From Candidatus Bathyarchaeum tardum (lineage in GTDB: Archaea; Thermoproteota; Bathyarchaeia; Bathyarchaeales; Bathyarchaeaceae): DNA of 64,000 bases. Shown piece by piece: positions 48,414 through 56,529 of this stretch. Position 1 is the stretch's first letter, and each line of letters begins with the position of its first letter. Location: the NCBI GenBank assembly GCA_024650005.2, contig CP122380.1:1600001-1664000 (forward strand), given 5' to 3'. Made by a program: the position numbers and the translations under genes. The notes below the pieces were generated by a model that had not been told where the DNA came from, made no database searches, and saw nothing but the letters and a program-made list of their open reading frames with translations.

Positions 48414-49958
48414 TTAATCGCGGAGTCGCAAAAGAACTCCGTCAATTTTGGATTCTGCTTCATCGATTTTAGCTTGATATTCTTGGACAAGCTTTTCATA
48501 TGCACTTTTGGAAATTTCGCCCCGATTGACCCGTGAAGTAGCCCGTTGCATGTCTTTTTCTACGTTATCAAGGGTTGCTTCAGCGACTTCAAGCTGGTTC
48601 ATTAACCGTCCATAATTGGAACCAGCTTCGCAGATTGAAGATTTCAGAGCAGAAATTCGTCTATTTGCTGCAGAAAGTCTTCCTTCAAGCATTTTCTTTC
48701 TAACTTTGTATTTTCGTCGAGGGATTTTGCCTTTTTGCAGTCTTTGTTCAAGGGAACTAAGTTCAGATTTGATGTTCAATTTTTCGTCGTAAGTATCAAC
48801 AAAGGTTTTGAGGTCTTTTGAGGAAACTATGATAGTTGGAGCAGAAACTGTTGTTTGTGTATCATGAACAAAGAATACAACTGCAACTATTACGGCTATT
48901 ATTGCCACCCATATTGTGGGGTAAAACGAAGCCCAGAATACACTGTATTCATATTTGACTTGGAAGGCAAGGTCGTCTGATGGGTTTACATCTGAAAAAC
49001 TGAAGGTTATTGTTTCAGGTCTGTTTTCGTCAACACTATCAGGTGTTTGGGTTGCTGTTTGGAATTTGGCGCCATCAGGTAGAACTACAGAAACTGTTAA
49101 GGTTCCAATGGTTGAGTTGAATTCTTCATAAAATGTGGAGGACAAGGTGTAATCATTTTCGCTATCTAGTGTTACAAGGTCGCTCCATGGAAGATTGAAC
49201 CTAAGATACAAATTTTCAGTTTCGTCGGTGTCTAGGTCGCCTCTGAGGGTGACTGTCAATACATTGTCTTTAACAGATGTTTCAAGGGTTCCCATTTCGT
49301 CCCGTATTACAAAGTTGTATGCATTTTCGGGGACACCGATTAGGATTGTTTTGGTCAAATATTCTAAGTTAATTACTTTGTAAGCGTTAGTCACAAGAAT
49401 ATTTCCTGATTGACCCAAAATTATTTCCCGGTTAACTTCTTCAAACACGCTCATGATAATGGGGGCTTGAAAGTCATCAAATCCATAAACGGTGGGTAAA
49501 GTAAGATCATTTTTTGTATCAATTATGTGATCAGAATCATCATACAAATAAACAGATGCCAGTTTACTGGGACTGACACCTCCGGCGTAGATTGCTTGTC
49601 CTTCTAAATCAATGTAAATAACTCGAATTCCTGCTTCTAGGTATTGGGTAGTGTTGTCCTGAACAAAAGCAACCTTATTAGCTGAATCATACAGTCCGCC
49701 ACCATCTACAGTGTAAGTTCCCGCTGTGGTGACGTTTATTTCTACGCCTACCCTCAGGACATCGTAGTATCCGTCGCCGTCTAGGTCGATTCCTTCGTTA
49801 TAAAGGGTTCCAGTGAGGCTTGCACCTGCAGGGTCTTGGGCATTAACTGGTGATAGTTGCACCATAAAAAGGGACAAAGTTAAAGCAAGAATGAAAAAAG
49901 TTACCGTTTTGTGCATAATTTTTTTGTGAACATACGTATTTTTCACATGATACACCAT
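48414..49958 (-). CDS. Type I membrane protein with ribophorin I (Ost1/RPN1)-like lumenal domain and cytoplasmic helical bundle
   Basis: Signal peptide, DLDGDGYYD Ig-like domain, REIILGQSGNILV / RDEMG / FNLP / LTVSVVLPDGA, single TM, helical C-terminus; start may be ATG 49916. Confidence 0.7.
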   Translation of the reverse strand: MVYHVKNTYVHKKIMHKTVTFFILALTLSLFMVQLSPVNAQDPAGASLTGTLYNEGIDLDGDGYYDVLRVGVEINVTTAGTYTVDGGGLYDSANKVAFVQDNTTQYLEAGIRVIYIDLEGQAIYAGGVSPSKLASVYLYDDSDHIIDTKNDLTLPTVYGFDDFQAPIIMSVFEEVNREIILGQSGNILVTNAYKVINLEYLTKTILIGVPENAYNFVIRDEMGTLETSVKDNVLTVTLRGDLDTDETENLYLRFNLPWSDLVTLDSENDYTLSSTFYEEFNSTIGTLTVSVVLPDGAKFQTATQTPDSVDENRPETITFSFSDVNPSDDLAFQVKYEYSVFWASFYPTIWVAIIAVIVAVVFFVHDTQTTVSAPTIIVSSKDLKTFVDTYDEKLNIKSELSSLEQRLQKGKIPRRKYKVRKKMLEGRLSAANRRISALKSSICEAGSNYGRLMNQLEVAEATLDNVEKDMQRATSRVNRGEISKSAYEKLVQEYQAKIDEAESKIDGVLLRLRD

Positions 49959-50130
49959 CAGGAAAGTTTGTGTTTTTTAGTAGGGTAAGTATCTTTGATT
50001 ACCTTTATGAACTTTTAGATACTTCGCTGTTGTTAGGCACATTGAAAGATTATACACATAATATGTAGAAAAAGTTAAATTCAAAATCATATATTACTTG
50101 AACGTGAAAAAATAGTAATATAATTAGTGG

Positions 50131-50667
50131 GTGGATGAAAACATGAATAAAAAAATGATTTATGTTGTTTTTATTGTTGTAATTGTAATACTTGGAGTTT
50201 GCAGTGCTTGGCTTCTTATAAGAAGCGAAAACTTGCAAAATCAAGTGAACTCCATTGAGGATGAAAAAAGTCAACTTCAGACCTTAATTGCAGATTTACA
50301 AAATCAAGTGACAACTAAAGATTTTGAAATCACTGACCTCAACGACCAAATAAACGAGCTACGAGAAGCAAAACTAATGAATGTTGGAACAGGGGCATCA
50401 GACCACAACGATGGACAACCGCCATATCTTTATGTTTACGGTTATATCTGTAACATCGGCCGTGAAACAGCTTACAATGCAAAAATTCACGTTACTGCAA
50501 ATCATATAAACGGTGAAACAGCCATTGACACTTACATTGATATTGATCAAACACCAAGCATAACTGAAGGTTTAGTATACACCCTTCAACAATTCATTAC
50601 TTATGACGGAATTAGTATCGACACCAACAGTATAACTATAACTCCAGAATGGACAAACGAACCATAA
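50131..50667 (+). CDS. Membrane-anchored coiled-coil + beta-sandwich hypothetical protein
   Basis: N-terminal TM, heptad repeat, YVYGYICNIG..TAYNA domain. Confidence 0.7.
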   Translation: MDENMNKKMIYVVFIVVIVILGVCSAWLLIRSENLQNQVNSIEDEKSQLQTLIADLQNQVTTKDFEITDLNDQINELREAKLMNVGTGASDHNDGQPPYLYVYGYICNIGRETAYNAKIHVTANHINGETAIDTYIDIDQTPSITEGLVYTLQQFITYDGISIDTNSITITPEWTNEP

Positions 50668-50975
50668 AAACAAAAAGTCCACACGCAGGCAATTCCCAGT
50701 GTCTGCGGTGGACAGCAATTGCATGCATTTTGTCAAGAAACCTTGACCAAAACCAACATTCAATCAATCAAGAAAGTTTTACACAACAGTTTGATGTTAT
50801 AATTTTGAGAAAAGGGTGGAATACAGATTTTTCTTTTCTTACCGACCCCAGAATTTTCAGAATAACAAAATTAGGCAAAGGAACAGTTCTTGGTTCTTAT
50901 ATTCTTTGGATTCGAATGAAACTAACAAATATAAAGACTTCTTTGATAATCACACTTTCTAATTCTTGCCTTTTT

Positions 50976-51213
50976 CTAGGATAGCGAAATGAAGCATCGT
51001 TCAACTGGCTTTTTGTATGCCCATAACAGCAACAATGCCAAAGCAAAAATTAGTGGTGCTCCCACCCATTGCAAAGTAATATTCTTCTGTGAAGCTTTCC
51101 AAACCCCAGAACGCGGTGGCAAATTTTGGGAACACCATCATCAGAGTCGCCAGTAAATCAGTTACTGCACCAACGGGGTAAGCAAGTTTCAACAATTTCG
51201 TGCCATGCTTCAC
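50976..51213 (-). pseudogene. Frameshifted/truncated membrane protein gene
   Basis: After YFAMG the hydrophobic continuation GAPLIFALALLLLWAYKKPVER is in another frame and stops early. Confidence 0.55.
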
Positions 51214-51223
51214 TTTATTCTAC

Positions 51224-51463
51224 CTATTTGTTTTGGGCAAAAGCGCTACTTTTTAGAATGGAAAAAAGGTCAGACACTGGGTTAGGGAATTCTTTGGCGA
51301 TTTCGTTTGCGATGTCTAATGGAACGCCTTGGTCTACCATTGTTTTTGTAAAGGTTGCTTTGGCTTTTCGTCGCTTCATTGAAGTTTGGGTCACCAAGCC
51401 CAAGGATTGAAACGCCAATTTTGAGCCGTACATGACGTTGGAAAGAAGGGATTTAGCACCCAT
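51224..51463 (-). CDS. Small hypothetical protein
   Basis: FTKTMVDQGVPLDIANEIAKEF motif; 3 nt from upstream gene. Confidence 0.75.
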   Translation of the reverse strand: MGAKSLLSNVMYGSKLAFQSLGLVTQTSMKRRKAKATFTKTMVDQGVPLDIANEIAKEFPNPVSDLFSILKSSAFAQNK

Positions 51464-51466
51464 GCT

Positions 51467-51751
51467 TTATCCCTCGTGGTTTCCAAATCGCATTCCTTTC
51501 AAGCCTTCGCTCCATTTTGTCAATGTGCCCAGGTAGTCTTTGGTCATGGAAAGGGCAGTTTCTTCGGGGATGCCTCCTTCTTTGAGAGTTTTGTAGAAGG
51601 TTGCAACGGATTTACCCATGTCTGCTGCTGCTTCAGGACTAAAGAAGGAATCAACAATTCCTTTAACTAATCCAGGCAATTCTTTAGATACTGCTGCCAA
51701 CAGGCCAGAGATTTCTTCTGGTTTTGGCATGTCGCTTTTGTGGTCGGTCAT
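51467..51751 (-). CDS. Small hypothetical protein
   Basis: GAGGTG SD; FYKTLKEGGIPEETALSMTKDY motif. Confidence 0.8.
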   Translation of the reverse strand: MTDHKSDMPKPEEISGLLAAVSKELPGLVKGIVDSFFSPEAAADMGKSVATFYKTLKEGGIPEETALSMTKDYLGTLTKWSEGLKGMRFGNHEG

Positions 51752-51834
51752 ACTTGTTCACCTCAAATACCATATACTCTGGATAGAATCTTTAGAGTTA
51801 TTGGATAATTTTGTCCAGTTACATGGTCAAACGG

Positions 51835-52251
51835 TCAAGGCAGCCGGTAACAGTTTCCGTCTTTTATCAGGGCTTTTGTTTCAATTAGATATTTTATTCT
51901 GTTTCGAACTGTGGTACGTGAAGCTTTTCCGCGTTGCCGCTTTATTTCTCGGGTGAGTTCGCTAACGTTTTTTGGTCCTTTCAAGGCGAGGTAGTTAAGG
52001 ATTATTTTATTGATTTCGTCTTTTAGTGAAACAGAATCGATGAGTTTTTTTGCAGAAACGATTCTGTTAAGGGTTTTAAGGGGTTCCCCGTACATTGCAG
52101 TTCCGATTTTGAGGTTTTGCAAAAAATCTACAACTTCGGGATATTGTTGGCTTTCTGTGAGAACGTTTTCCAGATAATTTAGACGACTTATTATCCAGTC
52201 TAGTTTCTGGTTAAGGTTCTTGAGTGAGTTGTCAATGTCTGACAAAGCCAA
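51835..52251 (-). CDS. Coiled-coil + winged-helix regulator
   Basis: N-terminal heptads; GPKNVSELTREI...ASRTTVRNRI..L wHTH. Confidence 0.8.
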   Translation of the reverse strand: MALSDIDNSLKNLNQKLDWIISRLNYLENVLTESQQYPEVVDFLQNLKIGTAMYGEPLKTLNRIVSAKKLIDSVSLKDEINKIILNYLALKGPKNVSELTREIKRQRGKASRTTVRNRIKYLIETKALIKDGNCYRLP

Positions 52252-52348
52252 TCAGACAAATAATAGCTGGAACAGATAATATGGCTTTTTCCCATAAAGA
52301 TTCAATATTTTGTTTATTTGAAAATGCAAATTAATTGAGTGAAAAGGC

Positions 52349-52800
52349 ATGCCTCATCCTGTGAAAGGGAGTAAACATGTTTACAGCTGGAGTAAGTGAA
52401 AAAAGAAAAGTTACGATTCCAAACGAGGAATCAAGTGAATAAGAGGGTTTGAAGCTTTCGGCAAAGTAATTCTAATTACATCCATAAGGGTTCAGGGGAT
52501 TTGCTTTGAACGCATTTTTCTTTTGGCAAAGTCACAGCTTTCAATTATTTTAGATCACAAGTCCGGACGCACGCAATTTCAGCTTATCCAAAGAAGAAAA
52601 TGTCAGGAGAGGAAAGAAAAATTATTGTTGAGCGAATTTGAACAACAAAATAGAAATCGTTGTTCGTTTGTAAACCTTGAAAAACATGATTTTACTGTCG
52701 GAGACCAGTTACTTTCGGTTAGGGGTAATTGTTTAACGTTGATTTATGTTGTAAATGGACCAATAATTGCTAGGGAAAAAACATGCCAAATTTTGCATAT
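52349..52800 (+). pseudogene. Decayed AbrB/MazE-like gene
   Basis: Fragments in different frames: MPHPVKGSKHVYSWS, VSEKRKVTIP, GKVILIT, GDQLLSVRG..L...VNGPII; multiple stops and shifts. Confidence 0.5.
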
Positions 52801-52819
52801 TCAAATAAAATATCCGATT

Positions 52820-53419
52820 TTACAGATTACAGACCATTTCGGTTACGCTTTTAAAACCCAACAGAAAACTAAAGGGGTAAGGAACTTTGTGAACCTCAAC
52901 TTCTTTAAAGCCAAAGCGCTCGTAGAGCTGTCTAGCCCGTGGATTTGTATCTACTACTTCAAGTTTGATTTGAGAAAATCCTTTTGACCGAGCATAGTTT
53001 AAAACAAAATGTAGCAGTTTACTTCCTACCCATTTACCGCGTTCGGTTTTGGATACCGCTAAACTCTCTAGATGAAGTTCTTTTGGTTTTGTTTTATTGG
53101 CAAGAACAAAGAACTTCGCAACAAAAACTGCTATAAAAGTTGCTAAATCAAATACATTAGATGTTTGTTTGAAGCAAGGGTCAATGAAACTTTTCTTGTC
53201 GTGTTCCAGTCCCGCAAAACCTACCAATTTTCCGTGTTTTAGGGCAACAACTGTTCGATCGTTCCGGAGACTTTTGGAAAGGAAATTTATCACTTTGGGT
53301 TTGTTGTCATAAAACTTGTTGAACTTAGCCCCAAAGGCATCATAAAATATGATAGCAACTTTAGCGTGTTGATTTTCTGTTACGCCAAATCTTAGTTCAA
53401 CACTCATTTTTGTATTCAT
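52820..53419 (-). CDS. GNAT family acetyltransferase
   Basis: LHLESLAVS..ERGKWVGSKLL, LEVVDTNPRARQLYERFGF. Confidence 0.88.
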   Translation of the reverse strand: MNTKMSVELRFGVTENQHAKVAIIFYDAFGAKFNKFYDNKPKVINFLSKSLRNDRTVVALKHGKLVGFAGLEHDKKSFIDPCFKQTSNVFDLATFIAVFVAKFFVLANKTKPKELHLESLAVSKTERGKWVGSKLLHFVLNYARSKGFSQIKLEVVDTNPRARQLYERFGFKEVEVHKVPYPFSFLLGFKSVTEMVCNL

Positions 53420-53517
53420 CGGTGTTTACTATTTTGTTATTATTTCTTATTCCTTTGGGTGTTTGCATAAAATCTATCAAGGCTAAATGCACATTTGTTA
53501 AGATTGGGGTTTGTTGT

Positions 53518-53637
53518 TTGACAGAATATTGTTGTCCAGAGTGTAACGGAACTGCTGTCACGTGGGACATGCGAATTAAAAAAGCGGTTTGCCCAAAAGA
53601 TAACACGCCAGTTAACGAATTTATTCCTAGGCGTTAA
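53518..53637 (+). CDS. 39-aa zinc-ribbon microprotein
   Basis: TTG start after GGGGT; EYCCPECNG...AVCPKD. Confidence 0.5.
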   Translation: MTEYCCPECNGTAVTWDMRIKKAVCPKDNTPVNEFIPRR

Positions 53638-53729
53638 TGTCTTGTAGCTCTGAGTCTACATAAAAAATACCGAAAAAGGGTGCAATTAACATCTACCTAG
53701 CTTGAGTTAGGTTAAACAGGTTATTGTTA

Positions 53730-54158
53730 CTAGTTTGTAAGCTGTTCAAGGGCTTGTTTTTCTTCCTTGAGGGCAGCAATCTCTTCTTCCAGTTTGCTAA
53801 TTTTTTTTATTGCCCCTTGTTTTAGTTCTTCTACTTGTGTTAGCAACTGTTCTTTCTGTTTTTCTAGCGTCCCAATTCGTTCCAATGTAACTGAGTTAGA
53901 GAAATTCTCTTTTAGACAAGTCCCATCATTTGCTTGAGGTTCAGGTGTAATCTCTTGTTCATTTTTTGAAAGTGATCCAATAACAGGATTAACAACTGTT
54001 GGGCAACTGCATGTTCTGCTGTTACTCTCGATTCGGGTCAAGCAGTATGGACAAGCAAGATATGTTTCTTTTGTTGGTGTGAAAATGAAATTAGTTACTA
54101 AAACTGGTTTTTCGAACTCTTTTTTGCAAGATTGGCGGGGGCACTTGATTTTTGTCAT
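53730..54158 (-). CDS. Zinc-ribbon + C-terminal coiled-coil protein
   Basis: CPRQSC.K.F.KP...YLACPYC; leucine heptads at C-terminus. Confidence 0.8.
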   Translation of the reverse strand: MTKIKCPRQSCKKEFEKPVLVTNFIFTPTKETYLACPYCLTRIESNSRTCSCPTVVNPVIGSLSKNEQEITPEPQANDGTCLKENFSNSVTLERIGTLEKQKEQLLTQVEELKQGAIKKISKLEEEIAALKEEKQALEQLTN

Positions 54159-54339
54159 GCTTACCTGTTTGCTGTTGTGTATTTTTGGATATTATCACTT
54201 GTTACGGCTTGGTGAATATTCTAATTTATGACATGTTACGATTTTTGACTGTTTTTAGAAGATTTTAGTTTGCTTAATGTATCTGATTCAGTAATAAAGA
54301 ATATATTAAATCTGCAGACAGGATTTATTGTTGGTGAAA

Positions 54340-54483
54340 ATGCTGTCTGTTAAAGAACTGAAAAATAAAATCAAAAAACTTCAAAGCGAAAAAAAGCAAC
54401 TTAACAATGAACTTATCCGCTTAAGGTTAGAAATAGACGAAAAAGCATTGCACCTAGAACAAGAAGTTGCTCCAGCAAAATGA
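54340..54483 (+). CDS. 47-aa coiled-coil microprotein
   Basis: MLSVKELKNKIKKLQSEKKQLNNELIRLRLEIDEKALHLEQEVAPAK; GGTGA SD; TATA-like TATTAAA upstream. Confidence 0.65.
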   Translation: MLSVKELKNKIKKLQSEKKQLNNELIRLRLEIDEKALHLEQEVAPAK

Positions 54484-54557
54484 AATAAACCCCGGTTAAA
54501 GGGCGTTTTAAGCTGCCAAATAAGAATAAAAATCAGTTAAACTTGCTTGGGTTTTTT

Positions 54558-54740
54558 TCAGAAGTTATTTTTGCTGTTTTTTAATTGTTCTAAATCCATT
54601 TGAAGTTTCAGGTTTTCCTGCTTTAACCGTGCGATCTGGTTTTGCATATGGCTGAAGGTTTGGACAACCGTGTTCATACACGACTCACATAGGTGAACTT
54701 GGTTTTCTTTTTGTTCTTTTGTTACTTCAACGCCTGACAA
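54558..54740 (-). CDS. Small CxxC + coiled-coil protein
   Basis: HLCESC then QIARLKQENLKLQMDLEQLK heptads; start uncertain. Confidence 0.55.
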   Translation of the reverse strand: MSGVEVTKEQKENQVHLCESCMNTVVQTFSHMQNQIARLKQENLKLQMDLEQLKNSKNNF

Positions 54741-54883
54741 TTTTAGGTCACACACATACAATCTGTGGTGTAAAGTAAAATTGTTTTCCCTACAAGAATA
54801 CAAATTAAGTTATAATCAAAGTACCAGAAGGCTGCTAAGAGAAAATATCTTGCCTCGACATCTCAGTTATAATCGATCATAAA

Positions 54884-55075
54884 TTATATGCGGGTTAAGG
54901 TAATCGGTTTTTTGCACGCTTTACAAACTAGCCGTTTGCCTTTCACGTCACTAAGGCGATAAAGGGTTACCCGTCCGCAGCTTTTGCATTTTGCAGACCG
55001 AATCTTTTTTTCTTCTCGTTTTCGGATAGAATGATTCAAACTTACGAAATCTCGATGTGAGTTGTCTTTTGGCAA
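54884..55075 (-). CDS. Basic zinc-finger microprotein
   Basis: CKSCG...VCKACK, Lys/Arg rich. Confidence 0.6.
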   Translation of the reverse strand: MPKDNSHRDFVSLNHSIRKREEKKIRSAKCKSCGRVTLYRLSDVKGKRLVCKACKKPITLTRI

Positions 55076-55193
55076 ATCCGGTTCCCTTGTTTAAGACTTT
55101 TAGAACAGATTCAATATAATGTTTCAGAACCAAGGATACCGATGATAAATACACAGGATCCTTAAACTCAGCATAATTCAATTTGTTGAATCT

Positions 55194-55634
55194 TTAAGGG
55201 GCAACAGTTGTTCCCAAATTTTTGAATTTCTTCAATTTTTTGGAGCCTTTTGCATCTGAAAGCTGTAAAATGAACTGATCGCCTTGTTTGCTTTTCGCTA
55301 TGAAATCCAGAAACTTTTTGAACTGCAGAAATTGCTCTGAAGTCATTTTATCAATCTGGGTTTTGATTTTTTGTTTTTCCAAAAGAAGAGTTATAGCATT
55401 TTTTCCTTTGTCAGTAAGGGCGTATTTTTCTATGCCTTGTTTTCGTTTAGGCTTTAGCACAACATGGTTTATGTCGATTAGATCATTCAAGTAATCATTT
55501 ACAGTTTCTTTTGGAGCATCACAGACTTCAACTATCTGCATGAAATTAGCTGACTTGTTCAAAAGGAAAGCTTGGATTTGAAAACAAATTTTTTCTTTAG
55601 TTGTTGCTTGTTCAGACAAAACGACCACAATCAA
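55194..55634 (-). CDS. Winged-helix regulator
   Basis: FMQIVEVC...KETVNDYLNDL, wing KYALTDKG. Confidence 0.7.
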   Translation of the reverse strand: MIVVVLSEQATTKEKICFQIQAFLLNKSANFMQIVEVCDAPKETVNDYLNDLIDINHVVLKPKRKQGIEKYALTDKGKNAITLLLEKQKIKTQIDKMTSEQFLQFKKFLDFIAKSKQGDQFILQLSDAKGSKKLKKFKNLGTTVAP

Positions 55635-55769
55635 GGTTTAACTAACTTTAGATTCCAGACCAATATTATGCTTGTGCAACAAAAAAGCCAAGTTCAAAGC
55701 AAAGCAAGTTTCATTATTGTGAATTCATAAAATTATAAAAACCACCAAATAACTTAGTACCCAGAACGC

Positions 55770-56396
55770 TTGATGTTAATACAAAAAAGCAGTGGTCAAA
55801 ATTCACAAAAAGAGTTTACTCAGGATTTGGCTAATTTCATTTCGATATTTGTTGCCCCGCCTACTGTAGCCATAATTGCGACAATTTGTTTCTCTTTATG
55901 GTCACCCATTGGTTTAGGTTCCCTATCTGTGCCCTTCACAATTTTTCTGTGCGTTTTGTGTTTTGCCTTCTTCCCGTTTTTGGCGATTCTTTATTTTAAA
56001 CACAAAAAAACAGTTGACATATACGTTTCCCAAAGAACTGCCCGAACTCCTTTCTTCTTAATTGCTATAGCAAGCTACTCAGCAGCTGCAATAATTTTCT
56101 CAATTACTGACACAAAAATAATGTTTCTTTTGGCTTTGGGTTCCTTGTTTGTTTCAATAATTGCCATGGGAATCAACCTGTTCTGGAAAGTTAGTATCCA
56201 CACTGCTGGAGTAACCGGACCAATTTTTGCCCTAGTTTTCGTGTTTGGCGCAACTGCCCTACCCCTAGCATCAATTGTCGGACTAGTAGGATGGTCCAGA
56301 ATAAAACTAAAAAATCACACGTTTGGTCAAACTCTGGCAGGAACCTTACTTTCGTTGACAGTTGGGTTTGTTTTGTTCGCTACCCTATATTACTAA
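55770..56396 (+). CDS. PAP2-superfamily membrane phosphatase-like protein
   Basis: Six TM; WKVSIH and SRIKLKNHT..Q...G motifs. Confidence 0.75.
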   Translation: MMLIQKSSGQNSQKEFTQDLANFISIFVAPPTVAIIATICFSLWSPIGLGSLSVPFTIFLCVLCFAFFPFLAILYFKHKKTVDIYVSQRTARTPFFLIAIASYSAAAIIFSITDTKIMFLLALGSLFVSIIAMGINLFWKVSIHTAGVTGPIFALVFVFGATALPLASIVGLVGWSRIKLKNHTFGQTLAGTLLSLTVGFVLFATLYY

Positions 56397-56529
56397 ATGA
56401 GCGGACAGTAGTATTTTTAACAATTAGATGCTCTAAGAAAGTCTTCTCTTCATTGGATGGAATACCAAAAACTTATAGTATAACTAGCCTTTTTGGTTCA
56501 CATAACGGTTATTTTTCGGAGCTTTTAAA

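Noticed and set aside
52340-52520. Run of short palindromes/hairpins suggesting a structured ncRNA
   Set aside because: Better explained as the 5' part of a decayed AbrB-like coding sequence; stems are short
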